The notes beneath the pieces were generated by a model that worked only from the letters and a program-made list of their open reading frames with translations, was not told the origin of the DNA and ran no database searches. A DNA stretch of 64,000 nucleotides from a virus: positions 16,692 through 80,691 of the IMG/VR virus record IMGVR_UViG_3300034072_002191. The stretch is one strand, 5' to 3'. Both the position numbers and the translations under genes were made by a program. Shown here piece by piece: positions 7,400-17,286 of this stretch. Numbering within the stretch: position 1 is the first letter of the stretch; each line of letters starts with the position of its first letter.

Positions 7400-10300
7400 C
7401 AGCTCGTCCTCGCCAGTTGGAGCAACCGCGCCACGTCACTGTCGGACACGCTCTTCCCCAGCAAATCGACGGCCTTCTTCAGCGTCGCCAGGATCTGCTC
7501 GTTCTGGGCGATGACCTTCGCGTTCTGGTCGTTGTTCTCGTCCAGGGCGGCATTGGTGGCGGTAAGCGCGGGATCGCTCGCACGCTGTTGCGCGGCGCTG
7601 ACATCGGCATTGACCTTGGCGATCGCGGCACGGGCCTGGTCGACGATCGCCGCGCGGTCGACCGCAAACCCGCCGGTCGTGCCATAGACTTCCTTCGATA
7701 CCGAATTGAGCTGCTCGTACAGCGACGCGAGCTTGTCGCCTGCGCCATCGACGCCCGCCTGGACGTCGGCCTGTGCCTTTGTGATCGAATCGAGCAGGGC
7801 CGTGCGTCGATCGACGGCCGAGCCCTCGAACATCGATCCGGAGGTCAGTTCGTCGACCAGGCGTTTCAGGGAACCGACCTGCTGATCCATCAACTTGTCG
7901 GTAAGCGCTACCCGCTCCTTGGCATTCGCCGCCTCCACCTGGACGATGTCGAAGCCATATTCCCGCGCGATGCGCAGCCGATCCGCGGCTTCCTTCTCGA
8001 AGGCCTTGAACGACTTGGTCAACTGGCCCGAAACGCCGCCCAGCAGATCCTCGACATTGCTGACCTTCAGCGCCTCCTGCATTGCCTTGTCGATGTCGCT
8101 GGACGATCCCAGCGCCTTCTGGACCGCGCCTGACAGCCCCTTGATCGCACCATCGGAAATCGCGTTTGCGATGGCCGCTCGAACTGCGCCATCGGCATCG
8201 TTGTTGTCGAACTTCAGGACGCCGTCGCGGTCGCCATATTTCCCGCCGACGCTGGTGCCGCCCGAGGGATCGACCCGGTAGCTGTCCTTGTACTTGTTGA
8301 TGCTGACCGCAAAGCTGCCGACGTCGGCGCCGAGCGTGCTGGCGATCTTGCTGAGCGCGCCCTGGACGCTACCGGCGAGGTTGCCGAGATCCGTCTTCAC
8401 CTCGGCCGAGTTGCCGCTGACGTTGGCCTTCTGATCGACGCTGGTGATCTGCGCCGACCCGCGCGGCGTCGACTTGAAGAGGTTGCCGACCAGGCCGCCA
8501 AGCACGGAACCGATGATGTCGCCGCCGGGGATCGGGATGAAGCTGCCGATGGCGCCGCCGATCTGGGCACCGGTGCCGCTCATCTTGATGCCGAGGGCGT
8601 TCCCGAGGCCGGCCACCATCGAGCCCGTCGCGGCGCCGGACAGACCCTTGCCGATGTTCTCGCCGGCGAACTTGCCGATCGAGCCGCCGATATTCTTGGC
8701 CGTTTCCTTGTTCGTGAAGATGCTGGCGATCGACGTGGCGATGCCCCCGGTCGCCTTCGCGATCAGGGAGTCCGGGGTCATGGCCTCCTTGCGCTTGCCG
8801 GTGACGACGATCTCGGGATTGAGGTTGGCAGCAATAGCGTCGCCGATCTTGGTCCCGATCTGGACCGTCCCGGCGCCGCCGGCACTGGAACTGACTGCGC
8901 CGGCGGCCGACGATGCGGACCGCGCCAGGCTGTCCAGCGCCTGCGTCGTGCGACCGGTGGACGCGGTGACCTGGTCGACGGATGCCGCCATCCGAGCCGA
9001 TGCGTCCTTGATGACGCTGGTCCCGTTCGCCTGATCCTTCAGGTCGCGGAACATGTCGCCGAATAGATCCTCGAAGAGCTTCTGGCCCTTCAGCGTGGCG
9101 AAGGCATCGAGCAGCTTGCCGGGTGTCTTGATGAACTGCCCGAGGTCGCCCCGTACCCACGCCTGGGTGGCCTCCCGGACCGCGCCCTCGACCGAGGAAA
9201 CAGCGTCGACATAGATCTGGGTTTTCTGGCGAAGAACGTCCACCTCGCGCTGTTCCGCGCGGAGAGCTTGGACCGACGCTAGGATTGCTTCTTTCTGATC
9301 CTCACGCAGGGGGCGCAGGTTCTTCTCCAGCGAATAGACCGTCCGGAGCGCCTCGGCCTGGTCGGTCTGGCCCCGTGCCTGGAGCTGGAGGATTGCGAGG
9401 GACTGCTGCTGCCCGATGATGAAGTCATTGTATGGCCGAACCAGGCCGGCTTCGATTTTGCCCTTCGCCTCGTCGAGCCGCTTTCCGAATGCGTCGAAGT
9501 CGGCCTGATCGATCAAGCCGGCGGAGAGCATCCCTTTCTTCTTGCCGAGGATGCCATCCAGCGCCCCAATCGCCTTGGCAGCCTTGTCGGCGAGAGTCTC
9601 CGGTGCTGCGAAAGCCTCCTCGATCGAACGCAGCAGGCCCGTCTCCACGGTCTGCTTTGCATCCTTGGCACTGACAATCAGGGCCTCGAAGTTCGGCGGC
9701 TTTTTCCGGCTGAGATCGTCGATCAGGTCATCGAGCTGGCGGACGGCCTTGTCTGCTTGCTGCACCGCCGGCGGCGTCTGGCTGAACGCTTCCGTGATCG
9801 AGGCGATGCGATCGGCGGTATCGCGGCCGAACTCGTCGAGCGATGCCGTGGACTTCGGCTTCTTCGGCTTCGTCGTTTTGTACGGCTTCAGCGGATCGGC
9901 AACCCCTTTGCCGTCGACAGCGTCCCGCGCCATCCGCGCCGCAGCCTGGTCGTTCAGCGCTTGGGGAAGCGTGAACAATTCTTGCTTCAACGCGATGATC
10001 TGCTCGGTCGTGTAGCCGGCCAGCTTGCCCGCCTGAGCCATGCTGTCGACACGCTGACGGATTGCCGTGGCATCCATCTTGCCGGTGAGAACTTCATCCC
10101 GAAGCGCACGAAGCGGCGCGGTCTCCTGCGAGATCGCGGCCTGCTGGCGCGTGCTGCCGGAGCCGCCGCCATAGCTGGCGCCGGGATTATCGGCGAGGTA
10201 GCCGCCGATCGTGGTAAGCAGGCCAGGCTTGCCGAGGCCGCCGATCCTATCCCTGGCTGCCTTCTCATCCTGCTGCCCCTTCAGCAGCATAGCCTCGGCC

Positions 10301-11211
10301 TGCAGGCGGATCGTCTCCCGCAGCTCGGCATTGTGGCTTTTGAACTTGCCGGTGTTGAGATCGATGACCTTGCCGAGCAGGGACTGGGCGTTGCCGAAGG
10401 CATCCGCCGCCTTCGCAGCCTTCTCCAGGTTGTCCTGTAGCTCAGCAGCCTCGTTCTTCGTGTCGAGCAGCTTGGTGACGAACGGCCCGAGGATCATCGT
10501 AGCGCTGAGGATTACGGCACCCCAGGGCGAGCCGAGGAACTGCGCCGTCTTACCGATAGCGCCACCGACACCCATCTGTTCGACGGCGAGCGCAGTCTGC
10601 CCTGCCTGCACGGAAAAGGCGCGCAGCACGCTTTCGGCCGTGAAACCGGACATCGAGATCATCAAGCCCATGTCCTGGAACTGCTGGCCCAGCATGCGCG
10701 CGCCCAGCGCCTGTTCGCCCATGCTGCGGACATTGGTGCCGCCGGCGCGCTCGACCCGCTGCTGCGCCTCGACGACGCCAAGCTTGGCGGCTGCCAGACT
10801 CCCTTCGGCCGATGCGAGCGCGCGCGCGGCCGCCTGCTGTTCGCTGGCGCTGGCGGTCGTGGCCTGGGCGGCGCGTTCCTGCGCCTGCGCCCAGGCGATC
10901 GCCGCGGCTTCCAGCTTCTTCTCTGCGATCGTGAGCTGTTGCGACTCGCGGCTCAGGCCCGAGACCGTCCCGGTGAGCTGCTGGACGGTGAGGCCTGCGC
11001 GCTCCAGCTCCGCAGCCACGGTATCGGCTGCGGAGCTGGTCTTGCGCAGTTCGTTGCCGAGAGCCTCGGTCGCGGTTTCGGCGACAGCCTCAGCCGCGCC
11101 GAGATCCTTCGCCGCGCCCGAGGTCTTGTTGAGGTCGCTTGTAAGGTCGCTCAGCGCCTTCTGAGCGCCCTCGGTGTCACCGGTGATGATCAGGCCGGTC
11201 CGCAATGTCAT
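7399..11211 (-). CDS. Tail tape measure protein (Mu-like phage)
   Basis: 1270 aa, Ala-rich helical, GQQFQD and FLGSPWG motifs. Follows the chaperone genes. Confidence 0.9.
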   Translation of the reverse strand: MTLRTGLIITGDTEGAQKALSDLTSDLNKTSGAAKDLGAAEAVAETATEALGNELRKTSSAADTVAAELERAGLTVQQLTGTVSGLSRESQQLTIAEKKLEAAAIAWAQAQERAAQATTASASEQQAAARALASAEGSLAAAKLGVVEAQQRVERAGGTNVRSMGEQALGARMLGQQFQDMGLMISMSGFTAESVLRAFSVQAGQTALAVEQMGVGGAIGKTAQFLGSPWGAVILSATMILGPFVTKLLDTKNEAAELQDNLEKAAKAADAFGNAQSLLGKVIDLNTGKFKSHNAELRETIRLQAEAMLLKGQQDEKAARDRIGGLGKPGLLTTIGGYLADNPGASYGGGSGSTRQQAAISQETAPLRALRDEVLTGKMDATAIRQRVDSMAQAGKLAGYTTEQIIALKQELFTLPQALNDQAAARMARDAVDGKGVADPLKPYKTTKPKKPKSTASLDEFGRDTADRIASITEAFSQTPPAVQQADKAVRQLDDLIDDLSRKKPPNFEALIVSAKDAKQTVETGLLRSIEEAFAAPETLADKAAKAIGALDGILGKKKGMLSAGLIDQADFDAFGKRLDEAKGKIEAGLVRPYNDFIIGQQQSLAILQLQARGQTDQAEALRTVYSLEKNLRPLREDQKEAILASVQALRAEQREVDVLRQKTQIYVDAVSSVEGAVREATQAWVRGDLGQFIKTPGKLLDAFATLKGQKLFEDLFGDMFRDLKDQANGTSVIKDASARMAASVDQVTASTGRTTQALDSLARSASSAAGAVSSSAGGAGTVQIGTKIGDAIAANLNPEIVVTGKRKEAMTPDSLIAKATGGIATSIASIFTNKETAKNIGGSIGKFAGENIGKGLSGAATGSMVAGLGNALGIKMSGTGAQIGGAIGSFIPIPGGDIIGSVLGGLVGNLFKSTPRGSAQITSVDQKANVSGNSAEVKTDLGNLAGSVQGALSKIASTLGADVGSFAVSINKYKDSYRVDPSGGTSVGGKYGDRDGVLKFDNNDADGAVRAAIANAISDGAIKGLSGAVQKALGSSSDIDKAMQEALKVSNVEDLLGGVSGQLTKSFKAFEKEAADRLRIAREYGFDIVQVEAANAKERVALTDKLMDQQVGSLKRLVDELTSGSMFEGSAVDRRTALLDSITKAQADVQAGVDGAGDKLASLYEQLNSVSKEVYGTTGGFAVDRAAIVDQARAAIAKVNADVSAAQQRASDPALTATNAALDENNDQNAKVIAQNEQILATLKKAVDLLGKSVSDSDVARLLQLARTS

Positions 11212-11218
11212 GGCCTGG

Positions 11219-11590
11219 TTACCCCTTCACGCCGTTCAGCGCGTCACGAGCAGCGCGCTCCATGATCTGAATGCCCGCCCAAAGGCGGGGTGTGACCGTG
11301 ATCCCCGATCCATCGAGACCTGCGCGCGCGGCCGAATAGTCGAGCCCCATCCAGTAGATCGTGCCGTCAAGGCCGCGTGCGATCGCGCGCCATTGGGTGG
11401 AGACGGAGAAGAACGCCAAGGCGATGTCCCAATTCCGCCGCCACACCTCGAACTTGCCTCCCGCCTGCGCGGCGCCCTCGATGCGCAACGCCAGTTCTTC
11501 GAGGCCGTCTCGCCGCGCGTCGGCGGCAGCCTCGCTATAGTCCGCCGCGCCACCCGTCGCCCAGGTCCGCGCGGCTTCCTTCAGTTTCCC
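11219..11590 (-). CDS. Tail assembly chaperone -1 frameshift extension (DUF1799-like, GT-type product)
   Basis: Open -1 frame from slippery GGGAAC-type site GGGAAAC (11590..11584) through NWDIALAFFSVSTQWR...GLDYSA. Confidence 0.8.
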   Translation of the reverse strand, partial: GKLKEAARTWATGGAADYSEAAADARRDGLEELALRIEGAAQAGGKFEVWRRNWDIALAFFSVSTQWRAIARGLDGTIYWMGLDYSAARAGLDGSGITVTPRLWAGIQIMERAARDALNGVKG

Positions 11591-11910
11591 TCCGCCGCCA
11601 TGTTGACGGCGTCGAAATAACCGCGCGTAATTGCTCGCCGCGCCCAGGGCAGGCGGATTACCTGGTCCCGGACCTTGTCCGAATAGAGCACCGGCTGCTG
11701 CTTATCGTCGACCAGGTCGTCGAGGCTGGCGACGATGCGGCGCAGGAAGTCTGTCGAGCCTGTCACCGTATCGAGATCGAAGGTCTCGAACTCCTCGCCA
11801 TCGACGATGCGATAGGTGACCTTGAAGGACTGCTTCTCGTGCCCGCCGTCGATCGGCGTCATCGCGGTGACGGTGTGGGTGAAGGTGGGTTCGTTGGTGA
11901 CGACGAACAT
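11581..11910 (-). CDS. Tail assembly chaperone
   Basis: MFVVTNEPTFTHTV... between tail tube and TMP. Ends G GGA AAC TGA. Confidence 0.85.
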   Translation of the reverse strand: MFVVTNEPTFTHTVTAMTPIDGGHEKQSFKVTYRIVDGEEFETFDLDTVTGSTDFLRRIVASLDDLVDDKQQPVLYSDKVRDQVIRLPWARRAITRGYFDAVNMAAEGN

Positions 11911-11936
11911 GCTGCTGAACCTTTCTCTGCGAAACT

Positions 11937-12872
11937 TTAGGTGAGGGAGATCGACCACTGGTCGTTGCCCGCCGCGCTGGGCAGCGGCACGAAGGTCAGC
12001 GGCCATTCGACCACGCCCTGCTGATTATCGAGCCCGCTGGGTCGCTGCTGGACGGCACGCGGCAGCGAGATCGCCACGCGGCGGCCGGCGACGGTTCCAT
12101 GCGAAAGCGCGATCGCCTGGCGGGGCTTCGGCGAGATCGACATCTGATAGGGGTTGTACGTCGCCATCGGCACGGCCTCGACCGTCACCGACGCGGTCTC
12201 GCTACGGTCGACGATGGCGATTTCCTCGCGACCGACCAGCATGCGCGGCTGCACATCATTGCCCAGGTTCAGGCCGAACTGCCGCAGCACGAACGAGACG
12301 CCTCCGATCGTGAACGTAGGCGTGTTCGTCTTGCTCGCAACCTGCGGCTCCTGGAAGCTGCTCAGGTCAATGGCTGGGGCGGCCTGATCGCTCGGGATGG
12401 TGAAAAGACCCGTCAGGGTCACCCGCACGCCGGGGACGCCCTGCGCCGTCACGGTCAGTTCGCCGGTGCCCCGGCAGCCCGTCATCACGTAGCGCGTGGG
12501 GCCGACGAAGAAATAGATCGAGCCGGACTCGTGGTTGGCGCTGACCGGCGAATAGGTGACGCTCGTGGTGGCCACGATCACCTCGGCGACGCCAAGCATT
12601 CGCATCAGCATCGACCAGCCTGGCGCCGTGCCAGCCGTGCCCGAACCGACCAGCTCGAAGGTCCCGGTCAGCACGGCGCGCAGGCCGGCCGCAATCGTGT
12701 CCTGGGCGCCCATGTACGGCAGCTCGATGTTGCGGGAGACGTCGTCGCCCTCCATCGGCTGGAACGACACGTCGGTCAGCAGCACCGCGTTCGCGGCGAC
12801 CGGCGCCGCATCGGTGCCGTAGGTCGTTTCCTTTTTGACCAGGATCGTCTTCGACTTCCAGAAGATCGGCAT
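11937..12872 (-). CDS. Tail tube (major tail) protein, non-contractile type
   Basis: 311 aa, K.ETTYGTDA N-terminal motif. No sheath gene in the operon. Confidence 0.8.
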   Translation of the reverse strand: MPIFWKSKTILVKKETTYGTDAAPVAANAVLLTDVSFQPMEGDDVSRNIELPYMGAQDTIAAGLRAVLTGTFELVGSGTAGTAPGWSMLMRMLGVAEVIVATTSVTYSPVSANHESGSIYFFVGPTRYVMTGCRGTGELTVTAQGVPGVRVTLTGLFTIPSDQAAPAIDLSSFQEPQVASKTNTPTFTIGGVSFVLRQFGLNLGNDVQPRMLVGREEIAIVDRSETASVTVEAVPMATYNPYQMSISPKPRQAIALSHGTVAGRRVAISLPRAVQQRPSGLDNQQGVVEWPLTFVPLPSAAGNDQWSISLT

Positions 12873-12874
12873 GG

Positions 12875-13075
12875 TCAGTCCTCCACTTTGGTGAGTTCAC
12901 CCGTCGCGGGATCGCGCAGGTATCGGCCGCCCTCACTCGGGGTGGTCGCGGCCGGTGCCGGTGTGTCGGGCTCGGCCTGGGGCTCCGCTGCCGCCGGCGG
13001 CGTATCGTCCACCGGCCGCTCAGCCGGGGTGGACGCCTCAGCAACGCCTTCGGCGGTGCTCACAACCTTCTTCAT
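12875..13075 (-). CDS. Small Pro/Ala-rich hypothetical protein
   Basis: 66 aa ending PSEGGRYLRDPATGEL. Coupled to neighbours. Confidence 0.6.
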   Translation of the reverse strand: MKKVVSTAEGVAEASTPAERPVDDTPPAAAEPQAEPDTPAPAATTPSEGGRYLRDPATGELTKVED

Positions 13076-13506
13076 CGTGCGATCCTCAATTGGTCATCCA
13101 GGACAAAATCGAGCTGATAGGTCGCGGCACCGCCGGCCAGGCTCACCAGCTCGCCCCGCGCGAGCCGATAGACACCGGGCACGTCGGCCGGCCCCCAGCC
13201 TGCGACCGCGCCGATCACGCCCTCGATCAGCCGCTCCAGTTCATCCTCGACGGCTTCGCCCAGCGGGTCGGCGGCCGAGCGAACGACCAGGACGACGCCG
13301 AGGAACCGGTCGACGCTCTGGCGATACAGGCCCGTTGCCGCGTCGGCCGCGCCGCCGCGCAGCCCGAGCGTCAGCAGGAACGCCGCCGGCGTGAACTGCG
13401 GCAGCGCATTGCGCGCCATCGCGTCGGAGAGTTGCGTGGTGGTGCCGATGCGGCCCGCCAGCGCAGGGCACGCGGCAGCAATCCGCGCTTTCACAGCCTC
13501 GCTCAA
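13072..13506 (-). CDS. Tail terminator (Mu gp37-like)
   Basis: 144 aa with PAAF and LARGELV...YQLDF. Positioned after gp36. Confidence 0.7.
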   Translation of the reverse strand: MSEAVKARIAAACPALAGRIGTTTQLSDAMARNALPQFTPAAFLLTLGLRGGAADAATGLYRQSVDRFLGVVLVVRSAADPLGEAVEDELERLIEGVIGAVAGWGPADVPGVYRLARGELVSLAGGAATYQLDFVLDDQLRIAR

Positions 13507-13931
13507 ATGAACCCCCGTAGATTGTCCGGCGTCAGCTCGCGCGCGCGGTCGACGAACTGGACGCCGCTCGTGCCGGCGCTGCCGGGCTCGATGCCCACGA
13601 CGCTCAACCGCAGCTTGCCGTCCGCGATGTCGCGCAGTGCCCGCTGCGCACCGTCAAAATCCTTCTCGATCTTCGGATCGGGCGCGAACGGGTGCAGCTT
13701 GTAGATCGCGATCGCCAGCGCCAGGTCGCGGACCAGGTCCGGCACATCGGAGAGCGGCAACTGGTACCGGCCGGCCAGGTACCCATCGATTACGGCGCCG
13801 GCATCGCGGATAGCACCCGCGATGATCGTCGCATCGATCTGACCGGTCGGCGGTGTGGCGCGGTCGGTCAGCTGCAGCAGCAGCCGTGCGCCGAACCGAT
13901 CCACCAGTTGCTGCTGGGTGATGTACGGCAT
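13503..13931 (-). CDS. Head-tail connector, Mu gp36/DUF1320 family
   Basis: MPYITQQQLVDRFG...IDGYLAGRYQLPL...IADGKL. Confidence 0.9.
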   Translation of the reverse strand: MPYITQQQLVDRFGARLLLQLTDRATPPTGQIDATIIAGAIRDAGAVIDGYLAGRYQLPLSDVPDLVRDLALAIAIYKLHPFAPDPKIEKDFDGAQRALRDIADGKLRLSVVGIEPGSAGTSGVQFVDRARELTPDNLRGFI

Positions 13932-13933
13932 GG

Positions 13934-14185
13934 TCAGGCGTCGCCTTCCTCGCGATGGCAGGCGAGTTCTGGATCGGCCTCGATCGCCAGGATCTCGTCT
14001 TCGCTGAGGTCGGCGATTGCGATCCGCTCGGGAGTAGGACCGAACGGTCGACCCGCCCGGCGGCGACCCTTTGCGGGACCGACGACCACCAGGAAGCCGG
14101 TTTCGGCGCGCGCGTCGTCGCTCGCCGAAGGATCGGTCGCGGGAGTCTCACCCGCGACCTGCGTTGCCCTTCTCGATGCGGCCAT
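13934..14185 (-). CDS. Mu gp35-like small head-associated protein
   Basis: GRRRAGRPF...LSEDEILAIEADPEL motif, directly after the major head gene. Confidence 0.7.
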   Translation of the reverse strand: MAASRRATQVAGETPATDPSASDDARAETGFLVVVGPAKGRRRAGRPFGPTPERIAIADLSEDEILAIEADPELACHREEGDA

Positions 14186-14199
14186 CGTCCGATCCTCCG

Positions 14200-15096
14200 T
14201 CAGGCCAGCCACGGAGTGACGAGCAGCTCCGCCGAACCCGCCCAGGGGTTGGACTCGCCACCGTTCACCAGCGCGGACGCGAGGATCTTCTTGCCGGCGC
14301 TTTCCAGGGTCGGCGGAACGACCAGCAGGTTCGGCACGATGCCGAGCGGCTTGCCATGATCGCCCTTCATGCCCATCAGTGCGGCGCGAGCGATTTCATA
14401 GTTGGCCGGGGTCAGCGGCTGCTTCGAGCCCCAGGCGAACTGCCAGAAGCCGAACCCGACATTGGCCCGCGCATCGGCACCGTAGATGAACTCGTTATTG
14501 TCGAAGACGTTGTCGTCCTTCTCGTCATCCTTCGTGACGAATTTGAAGTCCTTGCGCTTCTGCAGGATGATCGGCTTCAGCGCGCGGCTCGCGTCGATCA
14601 GGAACCAGGGCGTGCCGGTGCCGCCGTCCGTATTGGCGATCGACAGGACCGTGCTGCCATCGGCATCGATCACGGGATGGTCGATGTCGAAATAGAACTG
14701 CCCGTCATAGCAGTTCGTCGTGAAGCCCTGCTTGAGCAGGCCGAACGCCAGCTCGTCCCAGGTGCCGCCGGCGGAGAGCCCCATTTCCTCGAACATCGGC
14801 GCGTAGACGCCGATATTGTCGGTCTCGATGTCGTCGCGATCGACGGCGATGGTGAGTTCCCAGCGCTTTTCCTTGATCGCATAGTCGCCCTGCGAAAGGT
14901 TCTGGATCGCGCGCGGACCGAGCCACTCGCGGACCTTCGGGATCTTGCCGAGCCAGCCGTACTTCTGCTCCTTGGTGGAACTCGGCACGGTGGTGGTGAT
15001 CGCGCCGTACTGGCTTTTCGCCTGCGTCAGGCCCTGCTTGTAGGCGGTCGAGAAACCGGTGCGGACGGCCGCCAGGTTCGCTGCATTGATGATCAT
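14200..15096 (-). CDS. Mu-like major head subunit (gpT family)
   Basis: 298 aa, YGWLGKIP.VREWLG, CYDGQFYFD.DHPV, GFGFWQ.AWGS. Confidence 0.95.
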   Translation of the reverse strand: MIINAANLAAVRTGFSTAYKQGLTQAKSQYGAITTTVPSSTKEQKYGWLGKIPKVREWLGPRAIQNLSQGDYAIKEKRWELTIAVDRDDIETDNIGVYAPMFEEMGLSAGGTWDELAFGLLKQGFTTNCYDGQFYFDIDHPVIDADGSTVLSIANTDGGTGTPWFLIDASRALKPIILQKRKDFKFVTKDDEKDDNVFDNNEFIYGADARANVGFGFWQFAWGSKQPLTPANYEIARAALMGMKGDHGKPLGIVPNLLVVPPTLESAGKKILASALVNGGESNPWAGSAELLVTPWLA

Positions 15097-15108
15097 TGAA
15101 CTGTCCCC

Positions 15109-15510
15109 TTAGAACTCGACCCAGACGCCCTGGGCGTCCACGCCCCGGCAGATGCCGGCAACGCTGCGGGTGTTGGTGCCGTTGGTCTTGGCGACCGTCT
15201 GATCGTCCACGACGAAGACCTGCTTGCCGTAGTCGGCCCAGCTGATCGCATCGGCCGAGGCGCTGTTCGCGTAGCGGAACACGCCGCGACGGACCCGGAC
15301 CGTGACCGCGCCATCGGCGCCGGTGTTGATCTTCTGCTCCTCGGCGCGGCCGAGCGCGATAAGGGTCGTCGAAACCGCGCCGGGCACCGCCACGGTGCCG
15401 TTGAGGCACACCAGCGCGCCGGCGAAGATCGTGGTTGCGCCCTTCACCGGAACCTCCAGCAGGGTGCCCTGCTGGCGCGGCGTGTTGCGATCGGAGATCA
15501 GGGCTACCAT
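15109..15510 (-). CDS. Capsid decoration/cement protein
   Basis: 133 aa between protease and capsid genes, VFVVDDQTV...GVWV. Confidence 0.7.
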   Translation of the reverse strand: MVALISDRNTPRQQGTLLEVPVKGATTIFAGALVCLNGTVAVPGAVSTTLIALGRAEEQKINTGADGAVTVRVRRGVFRYANSASADAISWADYGKQVFVVDDQTVAKTNGTNTRSVAGICRGVDAQGVWVEF

Positions 15511-16565
15511 CAGAGCACCTCCGTCCGGCCCGCCTGAGCAGCGAGCGTCTTTTTGTAGGCTTCGGGATCGAGGCCCATCAGCGCGATGACGGCCTGGTCG
15601 GCTTCGCCGAGGGCGCCGTCTTCACGCGGCTTCGGCGCATCGCTCAGGCGCGTGCCGTGCAGCACGGGGAGTGCGCCGATCAGCGCCTCTGTTCCGGCCG
15701 GGTCCGCCATGTGCAGCGACACATAGCGATCCCGCATCGGCTTCACGCCGACATGACCGGCGCGGATGGCGCCGTCGACAAAGCTCTCCGCCGCCGCACG
15801 GGTTCCGGCCTCGCGCAGCTCGTTGAGCTGGCTCGCAACGGTCGCCAGTTCGCCCTGGAGAGCGAGGATCGTGGAGCTTTCGTCACGGCCGGCGCGCGCC
15901 TTGACGCCAGCGAGCACCGCCGCCGGCGTTGCCGTCTCGGCGAGGCCGACCGCCAGCGCGATCGGCGCAAGCGCCGACTGCAAGGCGGTTTCGGTATTGC
16001 CATCGCCCATGCGGGCCTTCAGCGCTGCGGCGATGTCCGCATCGCTGGCATTGCCGTCGAGCCCCAAAAGCTCGATCAGCATTACCTTCCAGTCCATGTC
16101 CGTCTGTCCTTCCGAGTGAAGTGAAGCCATCCCGACGAGGTTCGGGGTGTTGATGAGGCTGGCGCGCAGGATGCGGTCGACCACGCCGTTGCGGGCGTGG
16201 AGGATCGCCGGCGAAACACCGCGATAGGCCTTGTCCTCGATCAGCTTGCGGCCCTCGCCGGTCCATTCGACCCGGCCCCAGATCCCGCCCTCGCGCGCCT
16301 GCAGCTCGACGATCCAGCCCCGTGCCGGGGCAGACCCACCCTTCGGGGCCAGCAGATCGGTCGCATGGTTTTCGTCCAGGACCAGCTTCTCGCCAGCCGG
16401 GAGCGATGCCGACATCAGGGCAGCGGGATCGGTAACCCGATACGGACCGCGCCCGTCATGGGTGCGGATCTCGCCGGCCGGCAGCAACTGAATCCATTCG
16501 GGCGCCCCATCGGCTTCGAGCGCGATGGGCGACGCGGAACAGAGGGCGAGGCGGGGCTTGTTCAT
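15510..16565 (-). CDS. Mu gp32 (I) prohead protease/scaffold
   Basis: PEWIQLLPAG, DENH, APARGWI, VEWT, YRGVSP, L.NTPNL motifs. ATG at 16565. Confidence 0.9.
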   Translation of the reverse strand: MNKPRLALCSASPIALEADGAPEWIQLLPAGEIRTHDGRGPYRVTDPAALMSASLPAGEKLVLDENHATDLLAPKGGSAPARGWIVELQAREGGIWGRVEWTGEGRKLIEDKAYRGVSPAILHARNGVVDRILRASLINTPNLVGMASLHSEGQTDMDWKVMLIELLGLDGNASDADIAAALKARMGDGNTETALQSALAPIALAVGLAETATPAAVLAGVKARAGRDESSTILALQGELATVASQLNELREAGTRAAAESFVDGAIRAGHVGVKPMRDRYVSLHMADPAGTEALIGALPVLHGTRLSDAPKPREDGALGEADQAVIALMGLDPEAYKKTLAAQAGRTEVL

Positions 16566-16600
16566 GCCGACCGTGATGCCCGCTGCACACGTGCGCAAAC

Positions 16601-16617
16601 ATGCCCGCGAAGGCGGG
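16601..16617 (-). promoter_or_regulatory. Putative late-activator (Mor/C) site upstream of the protease gene
   Basis: CCCGCC-N6-GGCAT on the - strand. The same motif lies upstream of the lysis operon (25046..25062). Confidence 0.4.
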
Positions 16618-16718
16618 CAATGGAGGTCGGAAGATGTCGGGGGCGCGCGGATGTTGCCATTGCCAGCGCGGGAAATCAAACGTGCCGAGATCGGAAGTCG
16701 ATCCCAGAAGGACCGGCG

Positions 16719-17210
16719 TTATCCCTTTACGATCGTCTCCAGGTGTTCGTCGACGATGTCGAGGATGTTGCGCTCGTCCACGTCGGAGATCCCCAGCCAG
16801 ACACGTGCAGGGATGTTGCCCCAAGGGATAGGCCGACCATGACGGTCTGCGCCGAACTGCCCCTTCGCCGCACCTTCCTGCATGACGCCGGAATATTCGA
16901 GATTGGAGCCGATCTCGACGGCGGCCCGATCGGCGGACATGACAATCTCGTTGGAGAGGCGCCGCGACGGACCGGTCAACGGCTTCGTCAGGTTCCCTTC
17001 ACCCAGGCGGCGATACCGCTCGATCGTGGACGGGCGCTTCGCCGCCCAGGCGGTGCCGTCCGGTGCAATACCAGCGCGAAAGCGCCCCTTGGTCGCCTCG
17101 ATCATGTACTCGCCCACGTCCCGGTGAAGGGGGGTAAGGTCAGCAAGCCCCTCCTGAGCGGATCGCAGTGCCTCGACGATGGGGGTTCCGTTGAAGATGA
17201 TCCGAAGCAC
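16719..17210 (-). CDS. Virion morphogenesis protein (Mu gpG)
   Basis: RF...APDGTAWA, GSNLEY...QEG, IPAR.WLG motifs. Confidence 0.9.
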   Translation of the reverse strand: MLRIIFNGTPIVEALRSAQEGLADLTPLHRDVGEYMIEATKGRFRAGIAPDGTAWAAKRPSTIERYRRLGEGNLTKPLTGPSRRLSNEIVMSADRAAVEIGSNLEYSGVMQEGAAKGQFGADRHGRPIPWGNIPARVWLGISDVDERNILDIVDEHLETIVKG

Positions 17211-17286
17211 TGCTATCTTTCCTTGTACTGGCCGCATCCACCCGCCGGCAGATACCCGGTGTCGTTCTGGACGTTTGGGGAGGCGG

